Assembly (NCBI GenBank): GCA_964577155.1
Contig: CAZNYB010000004.1
Location: forward strand, 15,444 to 79,443
Direction of reading: 5' to 3'
Source of the DNA: an uncultured Thermomicrobiales bacterium
GTDB taxonomy: Bacteria > Chloroflexota > Chloroflexia > Thermomicrobiales > CFX8
DNA: 64,000 nt
Positions 47,342 to 55,886 of the stretch are shown here, piece after piece. How positions within the stretch are numbered: the stretch's first letter is position 1; the number at the start of each line of letters is the position of its first letter. Both the position numbers and the translations under genes were made by a program. The notes under the pieces were generated by a model, which did no database searches, had not been told where the DNA came from, and was given only the letters and a program-made list of their open reading frames with translations.

Positions 47342-48496
47342 TCATGTAATAACTTCGAGATTATCAACTGGTACGATCCTTGATTCCCCGGATGGAGTTG
47401 TGACAAGCGCCGACATAGTTACCCTGCCGTCGGTCCTCGTGCGAGCAAACATGTCAGTGGCGGTGGTGCCGATGGCTCCAATATGCGATGGGTCATTCAC
47501 TCTCACCGTGCGGTCAACATCAATCGCGTCGGATTTTCGCTTCGTCGCATGGTTGCCGCTCCTGGTTACGTATATTTCTGGTCGAGACAACCTGTCATCC
47601 AATTCTGTAGCGGCATTGATTGATAGACAATCCCCTTCGTGCCGCTTGAGTGACTCAAACAGCGGCGCTGCCATTGGTTGGCGACCAAAGCCTTCTGTCA
47701 CTACAACGACAAATGGCGTCGTAAAGCTGGAAGATGAAAAGTGGTGGTGCGATGACCACACAGATTGCCAGAATTCGCTTGCAGGAACTGGCTCAGATAA
47801 CTCGGCCGGAGTAACAAACCTGCGTATGTCTGTTTCGGCAATGCTTCCAACTATCACACCTGCCACCTCCGCGGCAGCAAGTGCTTGAAGTGCGGCGACT
47901 CCGAGCGTCATCCCAGCGAGCACGATTTTGCCAGACCAATCCGTTTCAACAAGGTCGGAGGTAAATTCTCTGTCGTGCCGGTCGGCGCCGGCAACCAGCT
48001 CGCCGATTGCCTCGCCGCCGAATCCAACAATTCCGTAGTACCGGTCGCCACTTGCTTTAAGAATCGCCCCTCTGCTGTCAAAAACCTGCTGAACAGTTCC
48101 ATAGACAAGCGAACGGAGCGCCTGGAATCCTACCGAACTGGAAAGTGTGACCGTGCCGTTGGAATCGTCAACGTTGACCAGGACACCATCCACCGGCGCT
48201 CTCACCGTCACCGTCCGGAGTCCTCGACGAACCCGAGCAATGACACTTCCTTGAACGACAGATGCGCCGATTGATTTCGACAGGTATTTCTTGAGATTCC
48301 CATGTTCAACTGCGAGTTCATTTGCGACGTATATCTTGACTGGCTCTTCTACGTTTTCAGACCGGCCGATGATCGATTCCGGAGCTACCGTGTCACCAAC
48401 AACGACATCAATTTCACCGTCCCGGTCCAGAAATCGATGCAACAAGAATGAACCATCATGCACAATGACCGGCTCAAGCGTTGGGAAGCTGTGCAC
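47342..48496 (-). CDS. hypothetical protein with hybrid-barrel-like segments and KOW/SH3-like C-terminus (third gene of triad)
   Basis: 384 aa. GTG start preceded by AAGGAG at 7 nt. VVVGDTVAPESIIGRSE and GSVIARV...VRAPVDGVLVNVD resemble lipoyl/HlyD barrel-sandwich motifs. The C-terminus RTVRVNDPSHIGAIGT...IVPVDNLEVI is KOW-like. No family assigned. Confidence 0.6.
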   Translation of the reverse strand: MHSFPTLEPVIVHDGSFLLHRFLDRDGEIDVVVGDTVAPESIIGRSENVEEPVKIYVANELAVEHGNLKKYLSKSIGASVVQGSVIARVRRGLRTVTVRAPVDGVLVNVDDSNGTVTLSSSVGFQALRSLVYGTVQQVFDSRGAILKASGDRYYGIVGFGGEAIGELVAGADRHDREFTSDLVETDWSGKIVLAGMTLGVAALQALAAAEVAGVIVGSIAETDIRRFVTPAELSEPVPASEFWQSVWSSHHHFSSSSFTTPFVVVVTEGFGRQPMAAPLFESLKRHEGDCLSINAATELDDRLSRPEIYVTRSGNHATKRKSDAIDVDRTVRVNDPSHIGAIGTTATDMFARTRTDGRVTMSALVTTPSGESRIVPVDNLEVIT

Positions 48497-48555
48497 CCAA
48501 GAACTCCTTGCTTCAACGTAGTCTTCAGCGGATCAGCATCAGGAGGCAACCGGCT

Positions 48556-50337
48556 TCAATATCTGATGTCGAGGCTCTTGAACCAGGACGCCACTACATC
48601 CCGCCGGTTTAGCGAATTGTCACTCTGCCTCAACCTCGCGCATCGCGCATCAATGACTACGTCAATTAGATTCTGCTGGAGCGGTCGAGTAGAGCCGAAT
48701 TCGACCTTCTCGCCAGGCGAACTGCCGCCAATTGAGTAGCCGCTCTCACAAACGAGTGTCATCGACTGGATGTTGGCATTGTCGGTCGGCACCCGGTACA
48801 TGCTGCCAGATAGAACTGAAAACTGACAGAATTCCCCATTGTCATAGCTGACGCTGCCACGTATCGCAAGCTCCCCAACTTCTCCCAGTCCGTCGACGAT
48901 AACCACACTCATAGTATTGAGAAACAGGTCATTCTCTACTGCGTCGGCTGCCAGCGAAGGATTCAGCTCGCCGATGGCTCCAGCGCTACCGGCAATGTCG
49001 TCAGCATCCAGAACCACCTCGACCAGACCACTGGCTGGTTTTGGCTCGAATGCGTCGAGGAGGCTCAGCACACCGAGCATCGGCTGATCCCAGGCTGAAA
49101 ACGTTACGCCTCCTACGATCAAAGCAGTCTGTGATTTCTGCTCCGAGGGACAGTCGGACCAGACAGCGCGAATCGTTTCAGTGGCCAGAACGCTCTCGAT
49201 CACTTGATCTCGCGGCAACGTAGCCATCATTGCAGGTCGGAGCGCGCGATTGAGGATCCAGTGACGAAGGTCTTCGAGTGTGTAGTCGAAAGGCAGACTA
49301 TGCTGAATCCGATTCAAATCAAGGTCGAGAATAGATGTAGCGTTTCGACGCAGATCGTATTCTGGTCGCACTGTCATCCATCCATCACGCTGCCTTGCCT
49401 GGTGCACGGACATGCCATCCGAAATGTCGGCAAGAACGACTACCTGCTTCCTCCGCCGGGCAATGAATCGGGTAACAAGATCTCTGGCACGGCCCCGGCT
49501 CACATACTGCTGTGCTGAACTGGACGCGCCAAGATCGAAACTTTTGAGACGTTGTTCGTAGACACCTTGTAGCTCAATCTCAACTGCTCCGGTAACTTCA
49601 GCTGGCTCATACAAATTTGGATCAAGTCCGATCAAATTTGCGTCTTCTCCGAGAAGTTGAAGCGCGTGTTGCTGCAGCTGTTCCGACGCCAGAATAACAA
49701 CTTGAGGCGCTAGGGATCCACGCATCAAGTCCCCAATAACGCCGATGGCGATCGTCCATTCAGATTGCGTTCTATTTCCAGCGAGTAGCACAATAACATC
49801 TGGGTCAAAGCTCAATAGCTCCCCTTCGAGCAGTGTTCCGGACAAGATTGAATCATCAGTTCGAATTGAACCGTCCAGTAGCCTGACGATCGTTGTTGTC
49901 GTCCGGGCGACTGATAGGAGAGATGTTGTGAGCCAATGGGCTCCGGTTGGAATTATTGAAAGTCGTGTCGGACGCACCGGAATGCCGGTCAGACTTACAT
50001 TATCGATACCATGGAACCCGTCTGACGGACTCAGTATGCGGTTTTCTGCAAGTAAAAAGCGTCCAGTTTCTGCTTCCAGTTTCTGTATGACCGTCCGCAC
50101 CGCCAGCGAAACATCGCTGACAGGCGGATTCATCGTCGAGGTTGTCACTGCGCCGGTGATAAATCGTCCATGCCCCTCCACCGTATCAAACATCGTAGCC
50201 CTAACGGCATGCCGGTCAATATCCAGAATCAGACCGCTATCGAGCGTCCTCTCGGACGGCAATCGGGTTTCCGGTGGAAGATTCTCCGCCACATCTATCA
50301 CCTCCGTTTTGTCAGTTGAAGCCAGGAGACCTCCCAA
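48556..50337 (-). CDS. large hypothetical protein, GlmL/EutA-like ASKHA (actin-fold) architecture with degenerate nucleotide-binding motifs (second gene of triad)
   Basis: The likely true start is GTG 50292 (GGAGG 8 nt upstream); the tracked start is TTG 50337. Collinear segments LILDIDRHAV.., ..TGAVTTS.., RLSIIPTGAHWLTTS.., PDVIVLLAGNRTQSE resemble my recollection of GlmL-family motifs (DxGSTxTK, TT, GGLxM, PDxxLLxGGTDGG) but with key residues replaced. Confidence 0.55.
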   Translation of the reverse strand: MGGLLASTDKTEVIDVAENLPPETRLPSERTLDSGLILDIDRHAVRATMFDTVEGHGRFITGAVTTSTMNPPVSDVSLAVRTVIQKLEAETGRFLLAENRILSPSDGFHGIDNVSLTGIPVRPTRLSIIPTGAHWLTTSLLSVARTTTTIVRLLDGSIRTDDSILSGTLLEGELLSFDPDVIVLLAGNRTQSEWTIAIGVIGDLMRGSLAPQVVILASEQLQQHALQLLGEDANLIGLDPNLYEPAEVTGAVEIELQGVYEQRLKSFDLGASSSAQQYVSRGRARDLVTRFIARRRKQVVVLADISDGMSVHQARQRDGWMTVRPEYDLRRNATSILDLDLNRIQHSLPFDYTLEDLRHWILNRALRPAMMATLPRDQVIESVLATETIRAVWSDCPSEQKSQTALIVGGVTFSAWDQPMLGVLSLLDAFEPKPASGLVEVVLDADDIAGSAGAIGELNPSLAADAVENDLFLNTMSVVIVDGLGEVGELAIRGSVSYDNGEFCQFSVLSGSMYRVPTDNANIQSMTLVCESGYSIGGSSPGEKVEFGSTRPLQQNLIDVVIDARCARLRQSDNSLNRRDVVASWFKSLDIRY

Positions 50338-50388
50338 GTTCCATCGGCCAGAATCACCTGTACATGTCGAATGGTGATAGCAGTACGC

Positions 50389-51240
50389 CTAAACAACGAA
50401 CTGAGTCACAAGAAGCGCAAGAATGATCGTTACCAGGATCAACGCCATTGCGCCAATGAGTCGAGTCCGCCGGCCGGTTTCCACATTCACACGTTCAGCG
50501 CCGATTAAATCATTGGGACTGAGCCGCTTCTGATTGGATGGCCGGGTTGCGACTACTTTCTCCAACGATACGATCTCAGGATCAGCCAACTCTTCGACCG
50601 GAGGTTGTACGACGAGAGGTGAAGACTGGTCCACTATTCCAGCGAAAGTGGAACCACCATCGCTCAACTGGGCTGACTGGATGGGATGCACCCAGGCAGG
50701 AGCAATCAGTGGCACTGCACGATCGTCCTGAACATGCCAATCGACTTTGACATGTGCTGATCCCGATACCGCAGCCAGACCCGTGGGACCTACCGGCCGC
50801 AGCCATTCGGGCAAGCTGTCATCATTCGTCCATGCCGAAAGACCTGAATCGTCCGTCGCTTCAATCATCGGTTGCTGGGTGACAGATCGAGATCTCGGCA
50901 TGCTCAGCCACTCAGGTAGTGTATGAGCAAGCTCACTATCGGATTCAGCGTGACCAGACAACGTTCTGGACGATGTTTCAGAATCTACCCCGCCGCAATT
51001 CTCAACCTGTTCCGAGTCCTCGGTAAAAAGATCGGTTTTCCCCAACGTATCGGCAAAATCCTGAAGCCAGGCTGGCATATCAGATAATTGTAAGTCGGGA
51101 CGGTCGTCCCGAACGAAACTTGGGCCTGGGTCAAACAGGTCTACCGGATCAGGATTCTCTTCATCAACTGGAGCCGAATTTGTGGGTCGATCGCTTGTCT
51201 CGGAATCTGTCGTACTTCGATCTTCATTGGTCCACGACAT
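50389..51240 (-). CDS. tail-anchored acidic protein with [ML]P[AE]WL repeats (first gene of triad)
   Basis: 283 aa. ATG preceded by GGCGGAG at 7 nt. No signal peptide. D/E/S/T-rich. MPAWL (aa 55-59), LPEWL (108-112), LPEWL (143-147), APAWV (180-184). A single TM helix LIGAMALILVTIILALLVTQFVV forms the last 23 residues. Confidence 0.65.
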   Translation of the reverse strand: MSWTNEDRSTTDSETSDRPTNSAPVDEENPDPVDLFDPGPSFVRDDRPDLQLSDMPAWLQDFADTLGKTDLFTEDSEQVENCGGVDSETSSRTLSGHAESDSELAHTLPEWLSMPRSRSVTQQPMIEATDDSGLSAWTNDDSLPEWLRPVGPTGLAAVSGSAHVKVDWHVQDDRAVPLIAPAWVHPIQSAQLSDGGSTFAGIVDQSSPLVVQPPVEELADPEIVSLEKVVATRPSNQKRLSPNDLIGAERVNVETGRRTRLIGAMALILVTIILALLVTQFVV

Positions 51241-51383
51241 CTACAATCTCCGCCTGCCACCTCATGAGAATGATTTTGGGTACCCGTCCGCGCATCATGA
51301 AATGCGCTACGATAGCTGGACTATAACATAGCGCTTTTCGCACGCCTGTAACCTGCCGGTGAGTAAGAAATCGCTGGCTCGTG

Positions 51384-51845
51384 TCAGGTGGTCCGTCGCA
51401 TCAGTTCATCGGTGTCAAGCCAGATTGTCACCGGTCCATCATTGATGAGTTCTACTGCCATTTCAGCGCCAAAGCGACCTGATTCAACATGCAAACCAAG
51501 TTGTCGAAATCCGTTTATCATGTCCTCAATAGCTGTTTTCGCCATTTCTGGCGTTGCTGCGTGAATAAACGAAGGCCGGCGGCCTTTTCTAACATCTCCG
51601 AATAACGTGAACTGAGATACGACAAGCAAATCCTGGCCGACATCAATCAGCGAACGATTCATTTTCCCTGCATCGTCGTGAAAAATCCTGAGATTTGCTA
51701 TTTTTCCTACCAGGTACTCGATCTCCGCTGTACTGTCTGAATCTGTTACACCGACGAGTAACAGCAACCCGGGTCCGATCGAACCGATAGGTTCGTCATC
51801 TACCCGAACGCTCGCACTCTTGACACGCTGAAGAACAACCCTCAC
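51384..51845 (-). CDS. dtd: D-aminoacyl-tRNA deacylase
   Basis: MRVVLQRV..A.V, SQFTLFGD and GRRPSF motifs. Confidence 0.9.
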   Translation of the reverse strand: MRVVLQRVKSASVRVDDEPIGSIGPGLLLLVGVTDSDSTAEIEYLVGKIANLRIFHDDAGKMNRSLIDVGQDLLVVSQFTLFGDVRKGRRPSFIHAATPEMAKTAIEDMINGFRQLGLHVESGRFGAEMAVELINDGPVTIWLDTDELMRRTT

Positions 51846-52318
51846 TGTATTTCCTCGATGATTGCGGCAGCGATGCAGGCGATACCCTCGCCCCGACCAA
51901 CTGGTCCGAGCAGTTCGTTGGTGGTTGCCTTCACACTGATCTGAGCAACATCCAGTTCGAGTGAGCTTGCGATCGATTGCCTCATTTCCTGGCGTGCCGG
52001 TCCAATCTTTGGCCGCTCAGCTATGAGTGTCAGGTCGATGTTTGTGATTTGAAACCTCGTGCCGAGCATGTCCCGCACTGTGATTAAAATGACCTGGCTG
52101 TCAACATTGCTCCATTTCGGGTCGCCTGGTGGAAAATGATCCCCTATATCGCCGAGAGCCGCTGCTCCAAGTAAAGCATCGGCAATCGCATGAAAGACGA
52201 CATCCGCATCCGAGTGACCGTCCAGCCCTGGTTCACCGGGAAACAGGATGCCACCCAAAACCAGCGGATTGTCGCCGCCGAATCGGTGAATATCGTAGCC
52301 AATTCCGATCCGAGTCAT
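51842..52318 (-). CDS. ispF: 2-C-methyl-D-erythritol 2,4-cyclodiphosphate synthase
   Basis: RIGIGYDIHRF, GHSDADV, ATTNE..G. 4-nt overlaps on both sides. Confidence 0.9.
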   Translation of the reverse strand: MTRIGIGYDIHRFGGDNPLVLGGILFPGEPGLDGHSDADVVFHAIADALLGAAALGDIGDHFPPGDPKWSNVDSQVILITVRDMLGTRFQITNIDLTLIAERPKIGPARQEMRQSIASSLELDVAQISVKATTNELLGPVGRGEGIACIAAAIIEEIQ

Positions 52319-53013
52319 GTGTGCTGCAACCGGCGAGACAGGATTGCCTCTGCCCGTTCGATGTCTTCGGGCCAGGTGATTTTCAAATTGTCAGGATCTC
52401 CGGGCACCGTGACGACCGGATATCCGGCTTCCGTGAGCGAAGCTGCCTCATCCGTTGCTTCTCTACTGTCCGCCAGGGCTGATTCAAACCAGGCTCTTCG
52501 TGCGATCTGAGGCGTTTGGGCTGCCCGGAGCGATCCCCGCTCTAGCGTTTGCACAATCAACTGTTCTTCATTAACAACATGTATCGTGTCGCTAACCGGC
52601 GTCGCTGGCACAGATGCCCCATGGCTGGCAGCGCAAGCGAGCAGCTCGTCGAGCAGATTTCCGCTCAGCAACGGTCTGGCGGCATCATGAATTGCAACAA
52701 ACTCACAATCTGCCCGTATCGCAGCTAAACCGGCCAACACGGATTTCCGGCGGGTTTCACCACCAGGAACGACACTGATGTGACTGTGTTTCACGGAGTT
52801 TGCAATATCCCGGCCACGAGCCTGTGTTGTGTGGCTCAGAACGACGACTATCTCTATGCATCCCGGGTGTCGTGCGAACACATTGAGTGAATACCAGAGC
52901 AGCGATTGACCGGCCAGAGGTGTAAGAATCTTGTCGGAGTTGCCAAATCGATTGCCCGATCCGCCGCCTACAATAACAGCACTGAATTCCGGCGCGTGTT
53001 GATGCGGGATCAA
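52315..53013 (-). CDS. ispD: 2-C-methyl-D-erythritol 4-phosphate cytidylyltransferase
   Basis: AVIVGGGSGNRFG, VAIHDAARP, and its position upstream of ispF. Confidence 0.85.
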   Translation of the reverse strand: MIPHQHAPEFSAVIVGGGSGNRFGNSDKILTPLAGQSLLWYSLNVFARHPGCIEIVVVLSHTTQARGRDIANSVKHSHISVVPGGETRRKSVLAGLAAIRADCEFVAIHDAARPLLSGNLLDELLACAASHGASVPATPVSDTIHVVNEEQLIVQTLERGSLRAAQTPQIARRAWFESALADSREATDEAASLTEAGYPVVTVPGDPDNLKITWPEDIERAEAILSRRLQHT

Positions 53014-54083
53014 GCGACCACTTCATTCTTGATCGTCGCGAATGCCATACGACCGGTTCCAGTTTGAAGAATGCGTGTCACAACCACTCGCACGTCGCTG
53101 CCGACTAGTTCGTCCCCGTTTTCTACGACGATAAGCGTGCCGTCTTCGAGAAATCCGATACCCTGACCAGCCTCGCGCCCTTCCTGAACGATTTTCATTT
53201 CTAGCTCTTCGCCGGCGATGACCGGCGGGCGAACTGCTGTCGCAATGGAATTAATATTGATCGCGGTTACCCCTTGCAGCCTGGCGATCCGCTCGAGATT
53301 CTGGTCGCCGGTCAAAATGAGATACCTGGAAAGTTCTGCCAGTCTGATCAGTTTGTTGTCAACTGTCTGTTCTTCATCAACTTCGACTTCCAGCATTTCT
53401 ACGGAGATGGATTCTTCCCGCTGAAGCTGATCCAGTGCATCCAGCCCGCGACGACCGCGAATTTTCTTCGATGAGTCGGACGAATCCGCGATGCCCTGCA
53501 ATTCACGCAAGATGAAGCGTGGCACAGCCAGCGGCATGGTAACGATGTTCGTTCGCATAAGATCCACGATGCGGCCGTCGATGATCGCGCTGGTATCGAG
53601 GAGAAGCTTGTCTTCGACTGTTGAAACTCCATTTCGCCTGAAGACAAGCTCCGCGAGATCTTCTTTTCTCAGTACGACGATGAAGACACTGAGAAAACAG
53701 GCAACGACAGCTACAACAAACGGCAAAATCTGACCGGCCGGGTTTGGGAGCAACGAGGTTGGAAATGCAAGTAGCGAGGCAAGAATTCCTCCGGCAATGA
53801 GCCCGATTCCCGCCGCGACGATGTCAATTGCCGGCACATCTGCAAAGCTCTGCCGCAACCAGCGAAAGCCGCCAACGATGATATATGGAGCAATGACAAA
53901 CAGGAGTCCGCCAACGGTTGCGGACAAGACCACAGTCACCGCCCACCATGGTCTGGTTGCCAGACTTCCTGCCAGGCTTGAACCGATCAGCCCGCCAACG
54001 ATGAGCCCGGTAAACAGACCAATATAACGGAGAATACGATTACGTGAGGCACGAGCCGTTTTTCGGGTGTTGTCATCACCCAC
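53010..54083 (-). CDS. PIN/TRAM-domain membrane protein (YacL-like)
   Basis: N-terminal TM helices, PIN motif LLLDTSAIIDGRI, C-terminal TRAM-like beta domain. The yacL-ispD-ispF order matches Bacillus. Start moved to GTG 54083 (GAGGAG 6 nt upstream); the tracked start is 54224. Confidence 0.8.
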   Translation of the reverse strand: MGDDNTRKTARASRNRILRYIGLFTGLIVGGLIGSSLAGSLATRPWWAVTVVLSATVGGLLFVIAPYIIVGGFRWLRQSFADVPAIDIVAAGIGLIAGGILASLLAFPTSLLPNPAGQILPFVVAVVACFLSVFIVVLRKEDLAELVFRRNGVSTVEDKLLLDTSAIIDGRIVDLMRTNIVTMPLAVPRFILRELQGIADSSDSSKKIRGRRGLDALDQLQREESISVEMLEVEVDEEQTVDNKLIRLAELSRYLILTGDQNLERIARLQGVTAININSIATAVRPPVIAGEELEMKIVQEGREAGQGIGFLEDGTLIVVENGDELVGSDVRVVVTRILQTGTGRMAFATIKNEVVA

Positions 54084-54255
54084 TGGCCACTCCTCTAATA
54101 CACCTGCGGACCTTGAACATCCTGACGGCCAACAGTCTGTTTTAGCCGGGTAATACCCCTCTGAAAATCTGGAATGTTGCGTTCCAGATCGCGTGCAACA
54201 CCGAGGGAGCACCAGCATTCGCATACCAGTAAAACTCAGTCTATCATAGCGAATT

Positions 54256-55092
54256 TCACGCCTCAGGGTAGGAGATTGCCTCGAGAAATCGCTCGATCAC
54301 CGGTGGAGGAATGTGAACCGAACCTAACTCTCGACCTTCTCGAAAACCTTCTCCGTGAAAATCACTACCGCCAGTGGGCAACAGCTCCTTCGAGGTGGCG
54401 ATCTCTAGCAATTGCATTCTCTGTGACGCTGAATACTCCCCGTAGTAGACTTCCATGCCCTGTAGACCTGAGTCAATCAGCGCATTCAAAAAACCGAAGA
54501 AATCCGGGTAGCTATATGGATGGGCAAGCACGGGTATTCCACCAGCTTCCCGGACAAGTGCTATAGCCTGCTCCGGGGTAAATATTCGTTTGGGGACAAA
54601 TCCCGGTCTACCAGGTGTGAGAAATCGCTCGAATGCCTCGTCGATCGTCGAAACCACTCCCAGATCAATCAGCGCACGAGCGATATGTGGCCGGCCAATC
54701 GAGGAACTACCGTCCCGCGGCTCTGCAACATCCCGAGGAATTTGATACCCGATATCGTTGAGCCGTTGGATCATCTCGGCTGCTCGAATCAGCCGTGCAG
54801 TTCTCTGCTGGGTCAACTCTTCTTGGAGCACCTTTGAAGCCGGATCAATGCCGTAGCCAAGAATGTGGATTTCACCTCTATCCACGGTGGTGGAGAGTTC
54901 GACTGCCGGAACAATCTGAACGCCGTGCCGGTTGCCAGCCTCCCGGGCGAACTCGTAGCCCGCCGTCGTATCGTGATCCGATACCGCCAGCAGTTGAAGA
55001 CCCCGCTGAGCCGCCAGAACAACGAGCTCTCCGGGGTCTAGTTCACCATCAGATGCGGTTGTGTGGGTATGAAGATCAGCCCTCACACACAA
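54256..55092 (-). CDS. PHP-domain metal-dependent phosphoesterase (TrpH/YciV-like)
   Basis: ADLHTHTTASDG, AVSDHDT, LAHP, GGSDFHG. TTG/GTG start. Confidence 0.8.
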   Translation of the reverse strand: MCVRADLHTHTTASDGELDPGELVVLAAQRGLQLLAVSDHDTTAGYEFAREAGNRHGVQIVPAVELSTTVDRGEIHILGYGIDPASKVLQEELTQQRTARLIRAAEMIQRLNDIGYQIPRDVAEPRDGSSSIGRPHIARALIDLGVVSTIDEAFERFLTPGRPGFVPKRIFTPEQAIALVREAGGIPVLAHPYSYPDFFGFLNALIDSGLQGMEVYYGEYSASQRMQLLEIATSKELLPTGGSDFHGEGFREGRELGSVHIPPPVIERFLEAISYPEA

Positions 55093-55145
55093 CTCGCATC
55101 AATTCAGCAAAAACTATCTCATGTGCAACCGGAATCGTGCTGAGC

Positions 55146-55592
55146 CTATCGAGGTTCAACGATCATGCGGATAGCCGTGCGGTCTTCGTTATCAATTGTC
55201 ACATCGATGAACGCGGGCAGGCATATTGCCTCGATATCCGTCTCTTGGAGATAGTCTCGGGCAATGGCAACGGCTTTGACCGCCTGATTGGTTGCCCCTG
55301 CGCCAATTGCCTGCACTTCAGCTCTCCCGCTTTCTCGAACGACACCTGCGATAGCGCCGGCTACGGCACTTGGCCGTGAGCGCGCCGAAACTTTGAGAAT
55401 CTCGCCATTCTGACGCTCAACTGGCTGCGGGTCTACATCGACGATTTCTGCGACGATTTCTGTTTCTTCCCACTCAACTTCAGCTGCATGGTGGGGTTCG
55501 TCAACGCTTACCTCTTCATCACCTGGCGGAAACTTCGCCTCAGGGTCGATCTTGATATCGCGTAGATCCAGTTTGCTGAAGAATCGATCCAT
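55146..55592 (-). CDS. SpoVS-like protein with ~60-aa acidic N-terminal extension
   Basis: The C-terminal 86 aa, EILKVSARSRPSAVAGAIAGVVRE...IGAGATNQAVKAVAIAR...RTAIRMIVEPR, aligns end to end with SpoVS as I remember it. There is no in-frame start near the SpoVS core. ATG 55592 has GGAGGA 5-6 nt upstream, so the extension appears to be translated. Confidence 0.8.
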   Translation of the reverse strand: MDRFFSKLDLRDIKIDPEAKFPPGDEEVSVDEPHHAAEVEWEETEIVAEIVDVDPQPVERQNGEILKVSARSRPSAVAGAIAGVVRESGRAEVQAIGAGATNQAVKAVAIARDYLQETDIEAICLPAFIDVTIDNEDRTAIRMIVEPR

Positions 55593-55752
55593 CAATGTCC
55601 TCCATTGGGCGGTTGTACCGCACAGATTTCTCAGTTGCGGGAGATACTTAGTATATCCGTCGAGGATTGTGTTGGATAGCGCCTTGTCCCAGACACCTGA
55701 TTAGTTTCCATCCCTCCCCGTTATCACCGCAACGAAACTAAAAAAGCAAGCC

Positions 55753-55866
55753 TCGATGCAACGCGCTAAGTCTTACCATCGCGTTGTCTCCAACGTCAAC
55801 TTCGCCGGTAGCCTGGTCAGCAATTTCAACCTCAAATGGAAATCGATGCAACGCTGGATCGATCCA
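55753..55866. repeat. 12-nt exact direct repeat TCGATGCAACGC (two copies) plus adjacent 12-bp palindrome in the rny-spoVS spacer
   Basis: Copies at 55753-55764 and 55843-55854. The first is part of the hairpin CAACGCG-14 nt-CGCGTTG (55759-55786). The second abuts the palindrome TGGATCGATCCA (55855-55866). Confidence 0.9.
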
Positions 55867-55886
55867 TCCAATAGGGTGAACTCGGA

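Noticed and set aside
49745-50377. 210-aa plus-strand ORF opposite the GlmL-like gene (similar long shadows at 42730-43287, 34432-35007, 5533-6036, 6996-7502, 9705-10187, 11250-11729, 35660-36124, 59812-60279)
   Set aside because: All lie antisense to genes with clear homology or a good RBS. They have Ser/Arg/Pro-rich compositions and no start context, so I treated them as non-coding shadows.
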